Assembly (NCBI RefSeq): GCF_009914755.1
Contig: NC_060935.1
Source: the human T2T-CHM13v2.0 reference genome, Homo sapiens
Length of the DNA: 64,000 bases
Reading direction: 5' to 3' (one strand)
Shown: in pieces, positions 19,505 through 34,149 of the stretch
How the letters are laid out: each line of letters begins with the position of its first letter
Position numbering within the stretch: position 1 is the stretch's first letter
The notes under the pieces: model-generated
Database searches by the model: none
Told to the model about the DNA's origin: nothing
What the model saw: the letters and a program-made list of their open reading frames with translations, nothing else
Position numbers and translations under genes: made by a program

Positions 19505-21111
19505 TGATCCAATTAGTACCTAAAACTCAGTCCTAGTTTTTCTTACTTGCTTCTTGTGTATGGCTTCTAGTTCTGTCTTGAGAATGTCCACCATCATATT
19601 TGTTTTAAAAGTGTTCACCTTTACTTTGCAGGGCATAGTTTTAGCAGCTGCTTTAAGATCTGGCAATTTGCAACAATTCTCAGGGATGGTGTTTGTTAAT
19701 TGTCTTTTCCCTTGGGAATTATTTAGCTTCCCCTTGCTCTTTGTAGGATGAGTAATTTTTGATTATATAGTGCACATTTTTATCTTACTAGACTCTAGAT
19801 TCTGTTAAGATCCTTTGAGAATATACAGGCAGAGTTCACCAACTAAGACTCTGGGTGGTGGTTTACACAAGAGTTCAGTTCTCAAAGCCTTTGGTGTACT
19901 GTCCTGGGTGAGTTCCACACAAGTTCAGAGTGAACCTGGGACTTTATACATTGCTATACCTGATTCCTTTCTTGAGCTCCTTCTCTCCGTGATTTCCCCC
20001 TGCTCTCCAGCTCCCATGAGCCCCCTTTCTTTGCCATCTGCCTAGAAAGCAGGAGTATTAGCACCATACTCCATCCCCTCAACCCCTGCCATAACCTTAA
20101 TGTTACAAATTTCTTGTGACTGAGTCCAACTCCAGGGAAAAGTGGTGAGAAGAAAGAGAAGAAAAAATGTAATAGGTATTCCTCTACACTTTTCAGACCA
20201 CAGAGGCTCCTGTACTCAGTTCCGCTGGTCATGAAGTATTTTTTTAGAGTTTTAGATGTCTTTGTGGCCACTGCTGCTACTATCACCACTGCTGCAAGAC
20301 TGCAGCGTCAGCACTGAGGTTTACCTCAGGGCAGGGTCGAGGGAAGGAAAGAAAGTGGACTTCCCCGGACTCTCCGTCTTACAAGCCTTATCTTTCCACA
20401 TCCTCAGACCAAAAAGAGTTTATCCAAGAGTTTTTGTTTGTTTTGTTCTGTTTTGTTGTTGTTGTTTCTGTTGGCATTTGCTATACAGTTTTAGGATTCT
20501 GGCTGTTCTAAGTTTAAGCCAGGAAAGGAAGGAGGAAAATAAACAACAGGACATTTGCCGCTATATTGTTCTTTCTTCAAGTTTTCATTTCCCTCCACAA
20601 GCTTCCTGCTATTGTTTAACCTTCAGAGCTCTCATATATTTCATTTATGTATTTTTGTCAGTTATAATGAATGGGAGAGAAAGGATAAGATGTAGTTACC
20701 CCATAATAACTTGGACTGCAAGTCTTATAGAGAATTAAAAATAATAGCAGTAAGACTGACTAAAAGATAGTCTGATTTTTTTTTTTTTATTATCACTGTA
20801 CACATGTAATTTTAAACACCATCAGTGAGCAGACATCTCCCACTGCCCTGCCCTTGGTAAATCACTGATATGGGGAAATTGGGAGCCGGGAGTAATAGGA
20901 AATAGGGCTAAAGAGTCAGCTATGTTTGTCATGGGTTATTAAAGAACTTAATAAGGACGGTGTCCTTCATTCTGGAGTTCTAAATATGCATTGGATACTG
21001 AGCGTATTGTTTTAATAGACCCTGTGCATAAAAGCATAGATGAAGAATTAACATTGACCTAGTAAATTATAAATTTATTGAGAGTGAGGAACATATCAGC
21101 TTTATTTTTGT

Positions 21112-22800
21112 GCATTTATTCATTCAACAACTATATATTGTGTATAACTATATGCTACAGATACAGAAATACTATCTCTCTTTAATGGACCTTTACTCTG
21201 AAGGGAGAGAGAGATAAATAACCCATCCATTTTAATATAATGTAATAAGTGTTACCATTTTTAAAAAGCACCAAGTAGTTAAGATGTACAGTGAATTGGG
21301 GATGGGGGTGCTATCCCAGGGGATGTGCAGAGGTTACAGAAGGATTCTTATACGAGCTGAACTTAAGCTGTAACCTGAAAGAAAGAAGGCGACAACCTGA
21401 AAAATAGAGTGTTTCCAGGTGGTAGTATGACAAAAAATAAGATGACGTTCTTCTAGAATTATGAGTTGTTTCCGTTAGATCTGAACCACATGTGGGAAAA
21501 TGTGAGGAAGAAATGATAAGGAAATAGAGGCATTAGATCACAATGGGCCGTATAGGAATTTATGCTGTGTTTGGGATGATGGTATCGTATGGCCTGGTAT
21601 GTGAGTATGGATCAGATGTTGACGCCTACCTAATATTATTATTGAATAAAAATTAAAATAGATAATATTTGTAAATAAGTTTTATAAATGTGAAAGTCCA
21701 GCAGACCCCTCCAGTTGTCCCTAAAGTATCAGGTGATAGAAGTGTCAGTGAACAGAAGAGGATGGATTCAAGATATACTTTAGAGGTAGAATTAATAAGA
21801 CTTGGTGATGGATTTGATATCGGATTCAGGAAGCGTTAAGTACTGAGTATGACTTCTACATTTTTTTTTGAGAAATGTGACTGGTAAAGGTGCCATTTAT
21901 GAATAAGAGAAAAACTGAAGGAGAAGAAAATTTGAAGGAAGATAAAGCTAGAAGAATTTCATGTCGGACATGTCAAATGTGGGATGCCTATGAGACTTCC
22001 ATGTGACCATGGAATTGCCTATGGAAGTGTAGGGTTCATGGAAGAGAAATAGGGTGAAGATATAAATGTGTGAGTTATTGCCATAAACCTGAATGTTCAA
22101 AGCCACAGAATAAATGATATTGCCTGGGAAATCATTGTACAGTGAGACAAGAATACCTAGAACCTAGCCCTGAGGAGAAGCCAGGAAAGGAGATTTTGAA
22201 GGACTATCCAGAGAGGTGGTTGGGCAGTTAGGAGATTATGACATTATAGAAGCCAAGAAAAGCTCATTTAAAGGAGTGAGTTGTCAGCTATGTATATTGC
22301 TGCTGAGAAGTCTTTTAAGAAAATGCTAAGATGTGTGCCATGAATTTGGACACATGGAAGTCATTCAGTGACTTTGGAATGGGTAGGTTCGGTGGAGAGG
22401 TGTGAACAGAAGCTGGATTGGACTGGTTGAAGTGTGAATATGAGGGGAAGAATCTGAGACAGCACATTTGGACAACTGTTCTGAGAAGCTTGACTGTGAA
22501 AAGAGGCTGTGGAGCCTGGGGTCAGTGGAAAACAGTGGTGTTAAGGCAGACATTAGAAGGTGTGAAAACAACCATGAAAATGATCCAGTACAGCAAAAGC
22601 AGGTGAAGATTGAGGAGAAAGTCCAGGTAGCTGATGAAGGGAATTCCTTGAAAAAGTGAGAAAGAAACAAATGCATAGAACAAAAGGAGGAATTGGTTTT
22701 TTGATAGCGGGAAGGGAAGACATTTGTTAGACAGTTACTGTAAAGTATGAATAGAAGTGAAGGGGTTGAGGATATTTCCCCATGAGAGTTGCAGTGATGG
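21112..22800 (-). mobile_element. L2 remnants
   Basis: Starts at catttattcattcaacaa (reverse of the L2 3' end), followed by purine-rich L2-like sequence. Boundaries approximate. Confidence 0.6.
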
Positions 22801-23295
22801 GTCATGAAATCTAAGTTTTCTAAAATGTAGGAGATAATGAGATGGCAAGCACAAATGTTGGTCTGTACATTTGATCATGAGAAAATGAGTCTGTCTGACG
22901 GCTTCTCTATTCTCCCTCCTCCGGCCCCTCCCCCACCTCAGTGGAGCAGGAGACAGGATCCTCAGCAGAGGACAGCGTGGATGGAGGGAGAGGGTGGTGA
23001 GGCACTGAGAAGTTGGAAGAGCATGAAGAAGGGGAAAAATGAACCTTGAGAGTGCTCAAGTGTCCATGGCAGTTATGAGTGCCTGCTTGAGACAGGCACG
23101 TATGAGTGTACGGAGAAGCCAGTTTGTTTTTTTGATGTTCCTACAGCAGACACAGAGGAGACAGACATTTAGATTCATCTAGGATGGGGTTTTGCCAGGC
23201 TAGTGGAACAAGGGAGGGAGGCGAAGGAGTTGAGAGTATTTTCCAGGGAGAGAGAACAATGATGCGTTATAAAATATAAATTTTATCAAAAGGGA

Positions 23296-23337
<42 letters not shown>

Positions 23338-24118
23338 ATGTTGGATCGGGGGATTTAAATCCCTAGTGAAGAAAAATAATTGTTCCCTCAAGCGACTGAA
23401 CAAAGATTTTAAAAAGGTAGGAAGTTATGGACAGAGTGAGATGCTTAAATTAATGCCTTCAGAGGTGGTTCAGTTTCTGACAAGTTTTAGGTGTGAATGT
23501 GGAGTAGGTCACAGAAGACAGCAGAGCAAAAAGTCATGGAGGTAAGATCAAGAATATGAGGGGCCGGTTTTTGACGGATTGTACTTCTGGACGAGGAGGT
23601 CACAGAGAATAGTGGTAGGAGTGAGGATGCAGATGGAGACTCTAAGAAGCAAAGGTTTTTATTGAATAGAAAAAAATAATAACCAGGAAGTCAGTAGAGA
23701 ACAGAAATGTGATGGAAGAGGAAGAGGCAGGGGTGTAATTATTTAGATAATATGAGCCTTAAAGATGTAAGGTTTGAAAAAGATGGAGCAAGCTCAGAAG
23801 TTTAACTGGAAAACAAAGACACCAACCAACAAAAAAATATGTGCGGTATTTAAAAATTGGGTAGCCCCCACTTGACAGGACACGTCTCCAGGAGAGCCCA
23901 TGTCCCCGCCTGAGTATGAGAGTGAGGTGGAGGCATCTCTCCAAGAATTGGATGCTGTCAGGGAGCGTTGATGATGCAGGAGAGGTTCCTGAGTGCAGAA
24001 TGGAAGGACTGCAAAAGGGTGGGGAGGATGTGGAGTGCAGTCCGATGAAGGGTTATATGAAACAGCGGGTGTGAGACTACAGGAAATCATAGATGACTGG
24101 AGATTTACGCGTCTACAG

Positions 24119-24472
24119 GAGAGGTCAGCAAACTACAGCCTATGGGCCAGATTCAGCCTGCAGCCTCTTTTCTGAATGGCCTGAAATGTAAGGTTTTTTT
24201 TTTTTCTTTTTACATTTTTAAATAATTGAGTATCAATCAAAAGGAGAATACTATGTTGTAACACATTAGGATTGTATGAAACCACAATTTCATTGTCCAA
24301 AAGTAAAGTTTTTTTGGAGTGAAGCCACACTCACTGATTTATGTATTGTCTATGACTGCTTTTGTGCTACAGTGGCAAGTTTAACAGTTGCTCTAGAGGC
24401 CGCTCAGCCTGCAAAGCCTAAAACATGTATTATACTAGTTGGTCTTTTATAGAAAACGTTGGCTGACCCTAT
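24119..24472. mobile_element. MER58(B)-like hAT-Charlie DNA transposon
   Basis: Terminal inverted repeats gaggtcagcaaac ... gttggctgaccct; ~350 bp. Confidence 0.8.
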
Positions 24473-25625
24473 TTTACAGAATTGGTTATGGAAGTCTCCT
24501 GGAGACGAGTGGTAACTGGAGCTGATACCAGGGTCTTCAAAGCACCATGGGATGCTACAGTGGTGTGCAGGCTAGCTGTCCCCACAGGCATCATAGGAAA
24601 GCATGGTTAAGGCTAACACCTCCCGAAGGTGTCACTATGACTTCGAGCTTTAATGAGAACACGGTAGTCACAGGAGCAAGCTTCTGATTTACCTAAGCAA
24701 CTGAATAATTACCTTCAGCAATCATGTGTGTTCTGGTTACTTTCTCTGTTTGACGTGCAATTTTATCATCTGCTTGTGCTCTCTGGCTCTCTCACACTCC
24801 CCTCGCCTTCCCCTCCCCTCATTCCTTCATCCCAGTTTTTTATCAGCTGCTAACTCCATTGGTTAATGCATGAGCTCCTGTCTGCTCTTGTACTGTACCA
24901 TGGAAGGTGCCATTCAAGTCTTAGAGTGGAAATTCGTCTTCTGAAGTTGAGATTTAGAACTGAAATAAAAAATAACTTAAAACTCATCAGTTAAGGTTGC
25001 TAGTTTTTTCACGCCAAGATCCAGTAAAATGTTCCTTTATTTTCCCTTGGAATTATCGGGAAGGAGGAGTTACTGGGGTTGAAGAAGTCTAGAGGAATGG
25101 GAATTAATGCAACTTACATCGAGCAGTTGAGGACAGGAGGAGGCAGGAAGGACAGCACTGTCAATGGCAGGCAAAGCCCTTAGTCCTGAGACCAAGCAGG
25201 TGCAGGAAAGTCACAGGAGCATGTTGAGGCTCATTTTGTAGTGATGGCAGCAGTTTTTTCCTTGCCTGTCCCAGGAAGGTAGAGAGTTTAATCTCACTCC
25301 TTGCAATCATTCCACTACTAATTACAGACAGACAGAGCTGAATGGCCAGGCTGATTCCACTAAGAAAAAATTCAACCTAATTGATGATGACATAAGAAAG
25401 CTCTCTGAGACCATTTTTATTAGGGCACACTGCATGCCAAGGAAGCAGGGACATTGGCTATAAGAGCTTTTAACTAAGAATATTTGTGAAGGTGGCCAAA
25501 CCTGGCTCTTCTCTTATTAATTCCAGGCCTAGCTTGATGAAGGCTCTTTTAGTTCCCCTTAAGAAATATGGAATAAAATTATTTAGCCTTAGGAGATTTT
25601 AAGACATCTCTTCATGAATCCAGCC

Positions 25626-25684
25626 CTCTCTCTCTCTCTCTGTCTCTCTCACACACACAAACACACACACACACAGACACACAC
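25626..25684. repeat. Compound (CT)n(CA)n microsatellite
   Basis: Seen directly. Confidence 0.92.
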
Positions 25685-25839
25685 GAGAAAGAAAAACCTT
25701 AAAAAATATACCCACTGTTTTCTTAAAGGTCATCAAAGGGTGTTCTGAATCATTGATATGATTAACAATTGATATGATATAACGATATCATAATGAATTA
25801 TGATAGGCTAGAACAGCCATCAAAAGTCTAGTCAGCTAG

Positions 25840-26880
25840 TTTATTCATTCAACCTTTGCCCACATGATCATGTGGCCCCTTCTACGTGCTAAACCTGCTA
25901 TAGATATTGGAGATGTAGAGGTGCATAACAGAGTCACTGCTCTCTTGGAAATTAGAGTCCAGTGGGGTAAACATATATAAATAAATAACAATACCGTGTG
26001 ATTAGCAATGCTAGAGAAACAAATAAACAATAATAAACTAGGTGGGGAGGAGGCCCGGAAGTTTGAATGTGACGAAAGGGTTCCCAGAGCAGTGATTGCT
26101 GGGATAGTTTTGAAGGCTGCATAGACATTTGAAGGTGGACAAAAGAGAAGACAAACAGGCACAGATCAATACAATGCCTCGTGTTTTAGGAACTTCACTG
26201 GTGTGTCCAGTGGGTGTAGGGGGAAGTGAGATGGCAATAAAGAACCCAGAGATGTAGGCAAGAGCCAGCTCATGGGAACCTTCACATTCCATGCCACGGA
26301 GCAATGTGGAGCAGTGGTAGGATTTAAGCAGAGGTGGGACTGACTCTTATTTTTGGCAATTATTTTGGCAATAAAGAAAAGAATAAATGGGAGGCGTGGA
26401 GACTCATAAAGAGGATATTGTAATAATCCAGAGTAGATAATGAGGGCCTGAATTAAGACAGTAACAATGATGAGGAAAAGAAGAGAATGGATTTGGAAGC
26501 TGTAAAGTGAGTGGAAACAGCAGGGTTTGTTGATTGAAGGTGAGGAATAAGGGAAAGAGAGCAAGCAATGTAACTCACTTTTATCTTACGAGAATGGGGA
26601 TTCGACAATGCTGCCAAGAGAGATCAGATGCAGGAGTTAAGAGCAGATGTAAGGGCAAGGTGGTGAATTCAGCCTGCGGTGTCTGGGAAGCATACAGAGT
26701 AGGCATTTCACAGGCAGTTATGGGCCTGGAGCTCAGCAGGTCCTCCAGGACGGCCATGCAGATGTGGAGATCATGAGCACAGCTGGCCATCTACAGTGCT
26801 GAGATGGCATTTAAAAGAATAGGTTTACCTGGGGAGGGGGTAGAAGTAGTAGAGGAGTGGGCCTTATGTGATGCTGTTAT
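25840..26880 (-). mobile_element. L2 remnant
   Basis: tttattcattcaac start and typical antisense L2 body (gattttaagcag-like motif, agtaacaatgatgagg, gagaatggatttgg). Confidence 0.65.
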
Positions 26881-29530
26881 TTAGGGATTGAATGTCCCAA
26901 ACTTTTCCTATAGTTTGTTCCTTCTAACATTTTTAAAATTATTTCCCACGTGTTAATCATTCTTCCATATGTTTGCACAACTTCTCTCATATAATTTTCA
27001 GACCCAATATATGAGTATTTGAGTCATAAATAAACAGCCACATTTTACTAAGGAGGGAACTGAGGCCCAGTTATTTCCTCAAGGCTACCAGTTCCTAAGA
27101 GACGTCGCCATACTGAGGATTCAGGAGTTCTGTGTTTGTCTGCTTGTTTTAATACATTGCATTCTACCCAAGACCCAGGTGTGTGTGTGCCTATATTTAG
27201 ATTTTATGTGAAGTGAAGTAGAAAGGCACAGTAGTAGTGTGCCCAGTGAAAGAGTAAATCGGCTATTCTTTTCCTTCCCATACACCGTCTTTTTATAGAT
27301 TTCATGTAGGTGAAAATTCCACCTGGCAGTGGAATGCTAAGAACAGAGGGGCAAGGCATTCACAAGTAAGTGGGCAGAGCCCATGCACGTGTTTCCAGCA
27401 GGATGATTTGGCCTACCTGCTGGAAAGTAGCTATGGTGCAGAATAGATTTTGAGAAATGTTTATAAAGACTCATTTTTTTCCAGTCAAAGGCTTTAATTA
27501 AATGTTACAAATACAAGGGCTTTCAGTCATGTCTCCCTTTCTCCTGAGGCCCAAACAATCCTACTCCAATAGGCTTCCTGCTCTTCTGTAGAATTGTGCT
27601 GTGGTTTCCCAAGTTATTCCCTTCTGCACATGGGCTGGTGTCTGCCCTCTCCATGCCAATTGAAAATACACAGATGGCACTTCCATCTTGAGTATTCCTG
27701 GCACCTTGTAGTTTTCTCCCAGAATCTGATCTGAATTTATTCATTAGATTGTCTTAACTATAGATTTGACCCCACCCCAGGTTTTCTGCTCCCTCTGTCC
27801 CCCAAGTGGTCCCCTTGTCATTGAGGTTTTGCTTGATACCATCACTAATAAATGGGATTCTTCAGGAAAGCCTGCGTTTTGCTCTGCATCTGAGGATGCT
27901 GCTTGCAAAGGGAAAGCCTGGCTTCCCTCCTCCTTCTATGTGCAAGAAGCCTCTAGTTCATCAGCCAGTGGGCATGGGCCTCTGCAGGAATGGGCAGAGC
28001 CCTGCATCCTCCGTGCATTTCAACTTAGCTTTGGTGGGAAAAGACTTTCCCCCATTTAGTGAAAAAAGAACTCCCCAGATCGATATATCTATTCTTCAAA
28101 AGGATTATTTATAAGTTATTTCACTTCCCATCCTCCACAAAATATTTAATGAAACATACGTAAGGCTCTGCTTCCCCGTGGAGTGATGTTCTTTTGCCTA
28201 TCATCATCTACATTTTTGCGGGCTTTTTCTTGGCAGACATGTGAGTTGACATGGATTTGGTTCTGCACCATCACTAGGGGATGATCCAGAGGATCATAGC
28301 AAGGGGGTACCAAGCCGTGTGTGTCCTGGGCTCCTTTTACATCCTTTTCAGAGAGCTGTAGAATCTCTTCTTAAGGAAAACACACACCAATGCACGTATG
28401 CATAATATTATTTCCTGGTATTCAAAACCCCTGAGGTTAACAGTTCCACAATTCTCAGATTAAGAACCCCTGCCCTACAAAATGTATTGATGGCTAAATC
28501 ATAGGCTGCCCTGCTTCCCAAGGCTGTTGGGATCCAGGTAGTGAAGGTGACTTCTTATCTGATCCTGAGCACAATGGTGTCAGGAGAACCTTAACCCTTT
28601 AGGAGCCTCTTAAGTCAATAGAATTCCCTTAAATTAATCTGGGTGAGGAATTGAAAGCAATTAACTCCTTCAAAGTTATCAGCACTCAGTACTGGCTTAT
28701 ATCTCCAGTGATTTAGAAAAAGGGAAAGCAAACAGCCAAGATACTGAGGCAATATGACATTGCGGAGTGCTATATTTATCCCCTATCAATGTCTTTCAGA
28801 TCAAATTGGCTGAGTTTACAAATCAAAAGCTGATTTATTTTTTTATTTTTATTTTTTTAGCAGCCATCAGCTGCACTACTGCAAATACACAGTTCCCAGA
28901 CATCAAGCTGCAAACTCTAAACACCCAGCTGTGTGCTTTCTGACTTTGATATCATCACGCGTAATAGAGGGTCTGCATGCAGATTTGAGCTGACAGGCCT
29001 CCTGAGAAGGCTCACAGCAGAAGAGCACCCAACTCCAGGGCCAGCCCAGCTTCTGAAGCCACATCTGCAAAGAAAACCCACGTCATGTTGTTATGGGAAG
29101 GGATGGGCCTCAGAAATGCACAGGGCCTGGCTCTGTGGAGTACAAAGGGTTCACTTTCTTATAATTACACTTTAAGTTGAAGCTTCTCTTTAATATGAAG
29201 CTAATTATTATTCCCAGATTTCCCTATCAAAAAAAAATTAAGGGAATTTGTTTCTACGTATCTATAAAATGTTATAGTTGATATATGCGTAGCTATGCAT
29301 ATTCAACCATATACACATATTCAGTTCCAACTATCAAATGAGTTCTTAATATGTGTCAGGATCTATGATAAATGTTTTGTTGATATTGATAGACACATAT
29401 ATGTGTGTATACACACACACACACACACGAAATTTATAGTTGGCACCAGTTTGTATAATATTTTTATTGAATCTATATTTATTGCTTTATGAAAAAATCT
29501 GGTTAATAAATTAATTTAAGAACTATTCAT

Positions 29531-30030
<500 letters not shown>

Positions 30031-30794
30031 TCAGGTGAAGTAAATAGGAATCTGAGCTGACAAAGAGGCAATGTCGTGGGGTTGTTGCCATATGCATACT
30101 CTACGACTTACGCACAGCTCACAAGCGGCCAGCATGGGCCTATTTAAGAATGCTTTCTCTTATATGATGGGAACCACCTATTTAGAACAATTCAGCTGTC
30201 CCATTTCCCAGAGTTGGGCTCTATGTTTGTTATCAACTGTGTGAGGTCTGTCCTGCAGTGTTACAACAGGCAAACGTAGGTTTGAGCCCTTCAGAACTTT
30301 TCCTATGAAACATCTTTTAAATTTGCCCATTTTTGGCAAGATCATCAGATTCTCTTTTCCGCCAGCCATGCTACCTGTATCCAAAGGAAATGTCAAGGAA
30401 CTATGTGTAATATATATGTACGTATATTACATATATATATAGATATAAAATATATTTATATCCTTTTATTTTTAGTTCTGAAACCAGAGACATTTTTTAA
30501 GCTCTCAGCAGTTCTTACCTGGGCTATGCAGCTATACCTGCTTTTTTAAAATAAATGATCATGAGAAATTATATTTATTATCAATCACATCCTGTTTTAA
30601 GTCAAGAGAGTAGAGTTTTCTAGTTAAAGGATATGTGGTGAATCCTTTGTAAGATTTATTATTATTAAGTTCCTACTGGCAAAGCAGAGGTCTGATTATT
30701 ATTTCATTTCTGAGTTGAGATGTTCTTGTATCAAGGATCATGTGTATTAAAAATGTGATAAAGCCTAATTAGGGTTGCAGTAAAAATAAAGATC

Positions 30795-30990
30795 ATGATA
30801 GCTACGATTTCCTGAGAGCTTCCTATATGCTAAGTACTTTACTCATATTTAGTCATTTAATGCTCACAATAATACTATAAGGTAATCTTATGTTCTCCAT
30901 TTTACAGAAGAGGAATCTGAAGTGCACAGAACTGAACTGTCAGATAATACTGTCTATAGGGCTCGAGTGCAGAAATACTAGAGCTCATCA
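30795..30990 (-). mobile_element. MIR
   Basis: tcatttaatgctcacaataa...ccattttacagaagaggaatctgaag core. Confidence 0.75.
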
Positions 30991-31552
30991 CTGCCCCCAC
31001 AGTGCAGCCGGGGGAAGTGGTGCTTACAGCTGCTATCAACTCTTCAACCATTGCTCCAGCCTAGTATCAGGCCTACAGAAGCTATCCTATGCAGATCATT
31101 CGACATGAATGTCACATTGTGGAAACACTTTTTAACACTGATGGTTTCACCCTGTTGCAGCGGATATTGCTGTGTGGGTTATGTGGGTAGCTCCCATGTC
31201 CCCAGCCTTGTCTAGCTTAGCGGCACAGATTTGCATTAATTCCATATTACTGTGCCTCTCAGCACCCATCTGCCTGCCTGGGACCCTCCGTTTACCTCAG
31301 AACTGGCTCTGGTATTTCTTGGAGTCCCTGTTACGTGCTTAAATACAAGTCTTCTTGTGCCACCCCCTTTGACAGTCTCTCACATGGCCTCTGCTGCCAC
31401 TTGGAGTGGGGCTGTTTTTGAGCCTTATTGTTCTATGCTTTCCAGCTCCCAGGACTGCACTGATTCCTCAAGGGGGACCTGGTGTGAAGAAGGCCTTCCC
31501 CAGTTCATCAGCAGGCCTTGACACCAGAACTCACAGTGGCACCATACACCTC

Positions 31553-31919
31553 TGTATTAGTCTGTTCTCACACTGCTATAAGGACATACCCAAGACTGGA
31601 TAATTTATAAAGAAAAGAGGTTTAATCGACTCACAGTTCCTCAGGGCTGGGGAGGCCTCAGGAACTTACAATCAGGGCAGAAGGGGAAATAAACACGTCC
31701 TTCTTCACAAGGCAGCAGGAAGAAGAGTGAGTGCCCAGCGAAGTGGGAAGCTCCTTATAAAACCATCAGATCTTGTGAGAACTAACTCACTATCATGAGA
31801 ACGGGATGGGGGAAACCACTCCCATGATTCAATTATCTCCACCTGGTCCCTCCCATGACATGTGGGGATTATGGGAACTACAATGCAAGATGAGATTTGG
31901 GTAGGGACACAGCCAAACC
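31553..31919 (-). mobile_element. THE1 (THE1C/D-like) solo LTR
   Basis: tgtattagtctgttctcacactgcta...gagatttgggtagggacacagccaaacc; ACCTC on both flanks. Confidence 0.93.
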
Positions 31920-33394
31920 TCTAAAGTCTTTCATGAAAACAGCTTCTTTCCTTTCTGGCCAAGCCCACTTTCTTCATGAGACCTCAAAATCAGTTCCTGG
32001 GGCTTGCACATGTTGGTATTGAGGAAGAGGAGTCTCACCTCTGTCTGTCTTATCTCCCAGCATCTGAGCAAAACCATGCCTTCATCCAGTCAAAACAGAA
32101 AACCTTGAATGTTCATCAGCCATCATAATGGCACTGGGGGAATACAACTGTCCTTGAGGTCAGCCTGGGTTTAACAGGAACACCTGATGCAACCTGAGAT
32201 GGTGGAGAGAGCAGAGGCTGCAGAGCTGGTGCAGGACTGGAATGTCACTGCTAGTCATGGGATATGGGCTAAATTTTAAAAATGATTCCTTCCAACTCTC
32301 CAATTCTGGGATTCTATGTTCTGTATCTTTTTCAATTTCTGACGTCCAAAGATTGTATCTCAGCTGGTATATATGCCATAAAAATATTAAGCAAGGAGGC
32401 AGCTGTGTCCTCTCCTCTCCAGTAGCTACAGCTGTACTCCTGACAAGCTTATTCTTGGGTATGATAAAAATGATCACTGTGGGTATTATTATTTTCAGTT
32501 ATAAAGATTTTTAATGCCCAATCTATGAAGTCAGAAATGTGGGATTTTCTTTTCCAAAGGGATGTTATGCACACAAGACAGTCTCTGTCATTCGATTAGT
32601 TGTAAATGCTAAGCTCAGCACTTTGGACAACACCAAAACCCCTGTGGGGATTTGGGGGCAGGTGTGATCACATATCCAGCTTGCTTCATTTCCCTGCTTC
32701 GGTTGTCGTATTCCACTTAATGAAATAGCTGTATTTCCAAAAAGTTGGCTGTAAAACAAATTTCTGTTAGATAAATCATACTTCTTCATTGATCTACACT
32801 TTTAAATTAAGGATGCCTTCTCCTGAGGAAATAATTGGCCCCAAAACTAAATATAAATTATACTACACACTCGATAAACCTTTTAAAATCACATATTTAA
32901 AGAAAATCTTTTCTGTTAGAACACTAATAGTGATGATATTTCCTAAAGTCAGGAAATACAATGATCATGCTAAGAACTACGACTGTACATGGTGTTCTTT
33001 TGGGATTGGGGCCACAGGAGGGTTAGGTGAGCAACAAGGGGTCTCTGACTTTTTTTCATTGAATTCAACGTGTTGTTCTGGGTCTGTCAGCCAGAAGTTA
33101 GTCAATAAGAAGTTGGCAAATTTTAAAATTATGTAAACTGGTTTCCTAGCTGTCTTGAGAGCCAGAGATGTCCAAGAACCTGGTTTCTGCTGTCAAAGGC
33201 CTTCAATCGCATTGGAAAAAGAAGCCCCCTGTGTGCAGCACAAGACAGCTACTCAAAAACTTGATTACAGTTGCAGGAGCAGTGGATTGGACATCAGGAG
33301 GCCTGGTGTGCTCCATCACTGACCAGATGTGTGCCCACAGACTCCTCTAAGCTTCAGTTTCCCACAAGAAAAATACGAGGCTTGAGCGAAATCA

Positions 33395-33555
33395 CTAGTT
33401 CCCAAACTTGCCTATTTGTGAGAATTTCCTAGGAAGATTATGCAAGCACCTCATCCCAGGAGATTCTGGTTTAGTGGGTATGAGTGGGACCTAGAATTCT
33501 ATATTTTAAGCAACTACTCTAGTGAATTCTACTGCAGACAGACTATGTACTAGCA
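33395..33555. mobile_element. MER5-type hAT remnant
   Basis: gttcccaaacttg...gagattctggtttagtgggtatgagtgggacctagaattctatatttt motif. Confidence 0.65.
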
Positions 33556-33695
33556 GAGCAACTATGGAATTATATAACCATTCATGTCCCCTTAAGCTCT
33601 TTAATTCTGTTATGATTTTAAAGACTAGATGAACTGAATGTGCAACAATAGTGCAGAACAGCCAGAGGCACCAAGAGTTAGGAGACAAAAGGGAA

Positions 33696-34149
33696 TGTAT
33701 TAGTGTCCCAGGACTACTGTGACAAGGCACAAAAAACTGGGTGCTTTACAACAAGAAAACTGTACAGTGCTGGAGGCTAGAAGTCAAAATCAAGTGATTG
33801 GTTGGACCATGCTCTCTCTGACAGTGACAGGGGAGAACCCTCCCTCGCCTCTCCTGGCTTCTGGTATGCACCAGCAATTCCTGGCGTTCCTTGGCTCCTA
33901 GAAGCATCACTCCTATCACATGGTCATCTTCACCCTGTGTGTCTTCACACTACCCTTTCTCTGTGCATGTCTGCCCGAATCCCTTTTTATAAGGACACCA
34001 GTCAGATTAGATTAGGGTCTACCATAATACCTCATTTTAACTTAATTACCTTTGTAAAGACCTTTTTCCAAATATAGTCACTCTCTGAGGTACTGATGGT
34101 TAGGATCTCAACATACCTTTTTTGGGAGGACACAATTGAACCCATAATA
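33696..34149 (-). mobile_element. MaLR LTR (MLT1B/C-like)
   Basis: tgtattagt...ggaggctagaagtc...ataaggacaccagtcagattag...gacacaattgaacccataata. Confidence 0.85.

Noticed and set aside
20256-20738. 160-aa ORF with a signal-peptide-like start
   Set aside because: Low-complexity T-rich sequence, probably old repeat-derived, with no domain or splice support.
27392-27426. 11-bp perfect hairpin TTTCCAGCAGG/CCTGCTGGAAA with a 13-nt loop
   Set aside because: A stem of this length is plausible by chance in 64 kb and is too short for a pre-miRNA.
28836-28863. Strong U-rich acceptor with TAGCAG
   Set aside because: I found no convincing donor at exon distance; the T-tract may be simple low complexity.
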